Shown here: positions 63,820 to 64,000 of the stretch, in pieces | How positions within the stretch are numbered: the first letter of the stretch is position 1 | How the letters are laid out: each line of letters begins with the position of its first letter | Assembly (NCBI GenBank): GCA_964396025.1 | Contig: CAYNBT010000002.1 | Location: 37,030-101,029, forward strand | Length of the DNA: 64,000 bases | Reading direction: 5' to 3' | Source: an uncultured Candidatus Saccharibacteria bacterium | GTDB taxonomy: Bacteria; Patescibacteriota; WWE3; UBA101185; UBA10185 | Notes under the pieces: model-generated | The model's database searches: none | The model's input: the letters and a program-made list of their open reading frames with translations, nothing else | What the model was told of the DNA's origin: nothing | Position numbers and translations under genes: made by a program

Positions 63820-64000
63820 TTATAGGTTTTCTATCCAAGCCCGCAGAATCTTAACTGTTTTGTCTATGCTTTGAAGACTTACCCACTCGCCTGCGGTGTG
63901 ATTATCTTCCCCATAAGGTCCAAAGTTGATAACTGGGCAATCAAGTTGTTTGGCAAGAATGGCGGCATCGTTGTATCCGGCGAGTTTTGGATCCCCAAGC
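63820..64000 (-). CDS. M20-family metallopeptidase/deacylase (ArgE/DapE-like), C-terminal fragment continuing beyond the window.
   Basis: The minus-strand translation is LGDPKLAGYNDAAILAKQLDCPVINFGPYGEDNHTAGEWVSLQSIDKTVKILRAWIENL*, the typical M20 C-terminal motif (GG.tDa..l...giP.v.fGP.....H...E.v). Confidence 0.55.
   Translation of the reverse strand, partial: LGDPKLAGYNDAAILAKQLDCPVINFGPYGEDNHTAGEWVSLQSIDKTVKILRAWIENL

Noticed and set aside
63533-63838. The ORF-track start at 63838 for the 101-aa minus-strand ORF.
   Set aside because: That start codon is TTG with no RBS. An AAGGAGG-GTG start at 63778 is far better supported, so the gene is shortened to about 82 aa.
1-64000. A search for CRISPR arrays, transposases, integrases, rRNA or tRNA genes.
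   Set aside because: I found no spaced direct repeats, IS inverted ends or transposase motifs. Apart from the rnpB and T-box regions, no intergenic gap is long enough or structured enough for rRNA, tRNA or tmRNA.

Overview
This is a 64 kb chromosomal segment with roughly 38-42% GC, densely packed with compact housekeeping genes. Many adjacent genes overlap as ATGA or TAATG at their start/stop codons. Several core proteins are shortened: IF-2 is 497 aa, AlaRS 605 aa without the C-Ala domain, HrcA 240 aa, TsaB about 114 aa, and there is a Lon-type AAA+ module with no peptidase domain. Together with a sortase, an LCP family (LytR-CpsA-Psr) protein and type IV pilus PilN/PilO-like genes, this is the pattern of a reduced-genome, monoderm-type bacterium, possibly Patescibacteria/CPR. 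That lineage call is an inference from gene content only. The standard genetic code is used, because TGA acts as a stop.

Recognisable content, in order along the window:
- Glycolysis and envelope genes: the pgk 3' end, a 4Fe-4S ferredoxin, a truncated AOR-family protein, tpiA, an LCP family protein, a HolA-like protein, and a sortase convergent with a tiny sortase-substrate gene.
- A pilus-like stretch: PilO-like and PilN-like genes plus an unannotated 56-aa secreted ORF.
- Ribosome, envelope and chaperone genes: rpsT, murJ, lepA, then the hrcA-grpE-dnaK-dnaJ operon with a CIRCE-like inverted repeat upstream.
- Transcription, translation and RNA turnover: nusA with a terminator-like hairpin in its leader, infB, rpsO, pnp with a structured leader, the Lon-like ATPase, a Nudix hydrolase, a family-4 UDG, RNase J, ftsK and rodZ-like.
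- A DUF948/YtxH pair.
- A translationally coupled trio: a proline/valine/glutamate-rich repeat protein, an 827-aa membrane-anchored FtsK/HerA-superfamily ATPase that looks like a type IV coupling protein, and a 1121-aa hydrophilic protein with higher GC and no family I can recognise.
- alaS on the minus strand with a T-box-like leader.
- An FtsA/PilM-like ATPase, a 514-aa bitopic protein and yqgF.
- A HAD hydrolase, acylphosphatase, CsaA-like tRNA-binding protein, miaB-miaA, and an AI-2E family transporter.
- A 331-nt RNase P RNA on the minus strand.
- mltG, a bifunctional nuclease, ftsE-ftsX, and a coiled-coil M23 peptidase whose catalytic motifs are in permuted order.
- vanZ, tsaE, tsaB, an epimerase, a GT2, a GT-C and murF.
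- A divergent pair of C39-like cysteine peptidases, a metallophosphoesterase, two tandem paralogous small proteins, and two further small genes ending in an M20 peptidase fragment.

No rRNA, tRNA, CRISPR array, transposase or integrase was found.
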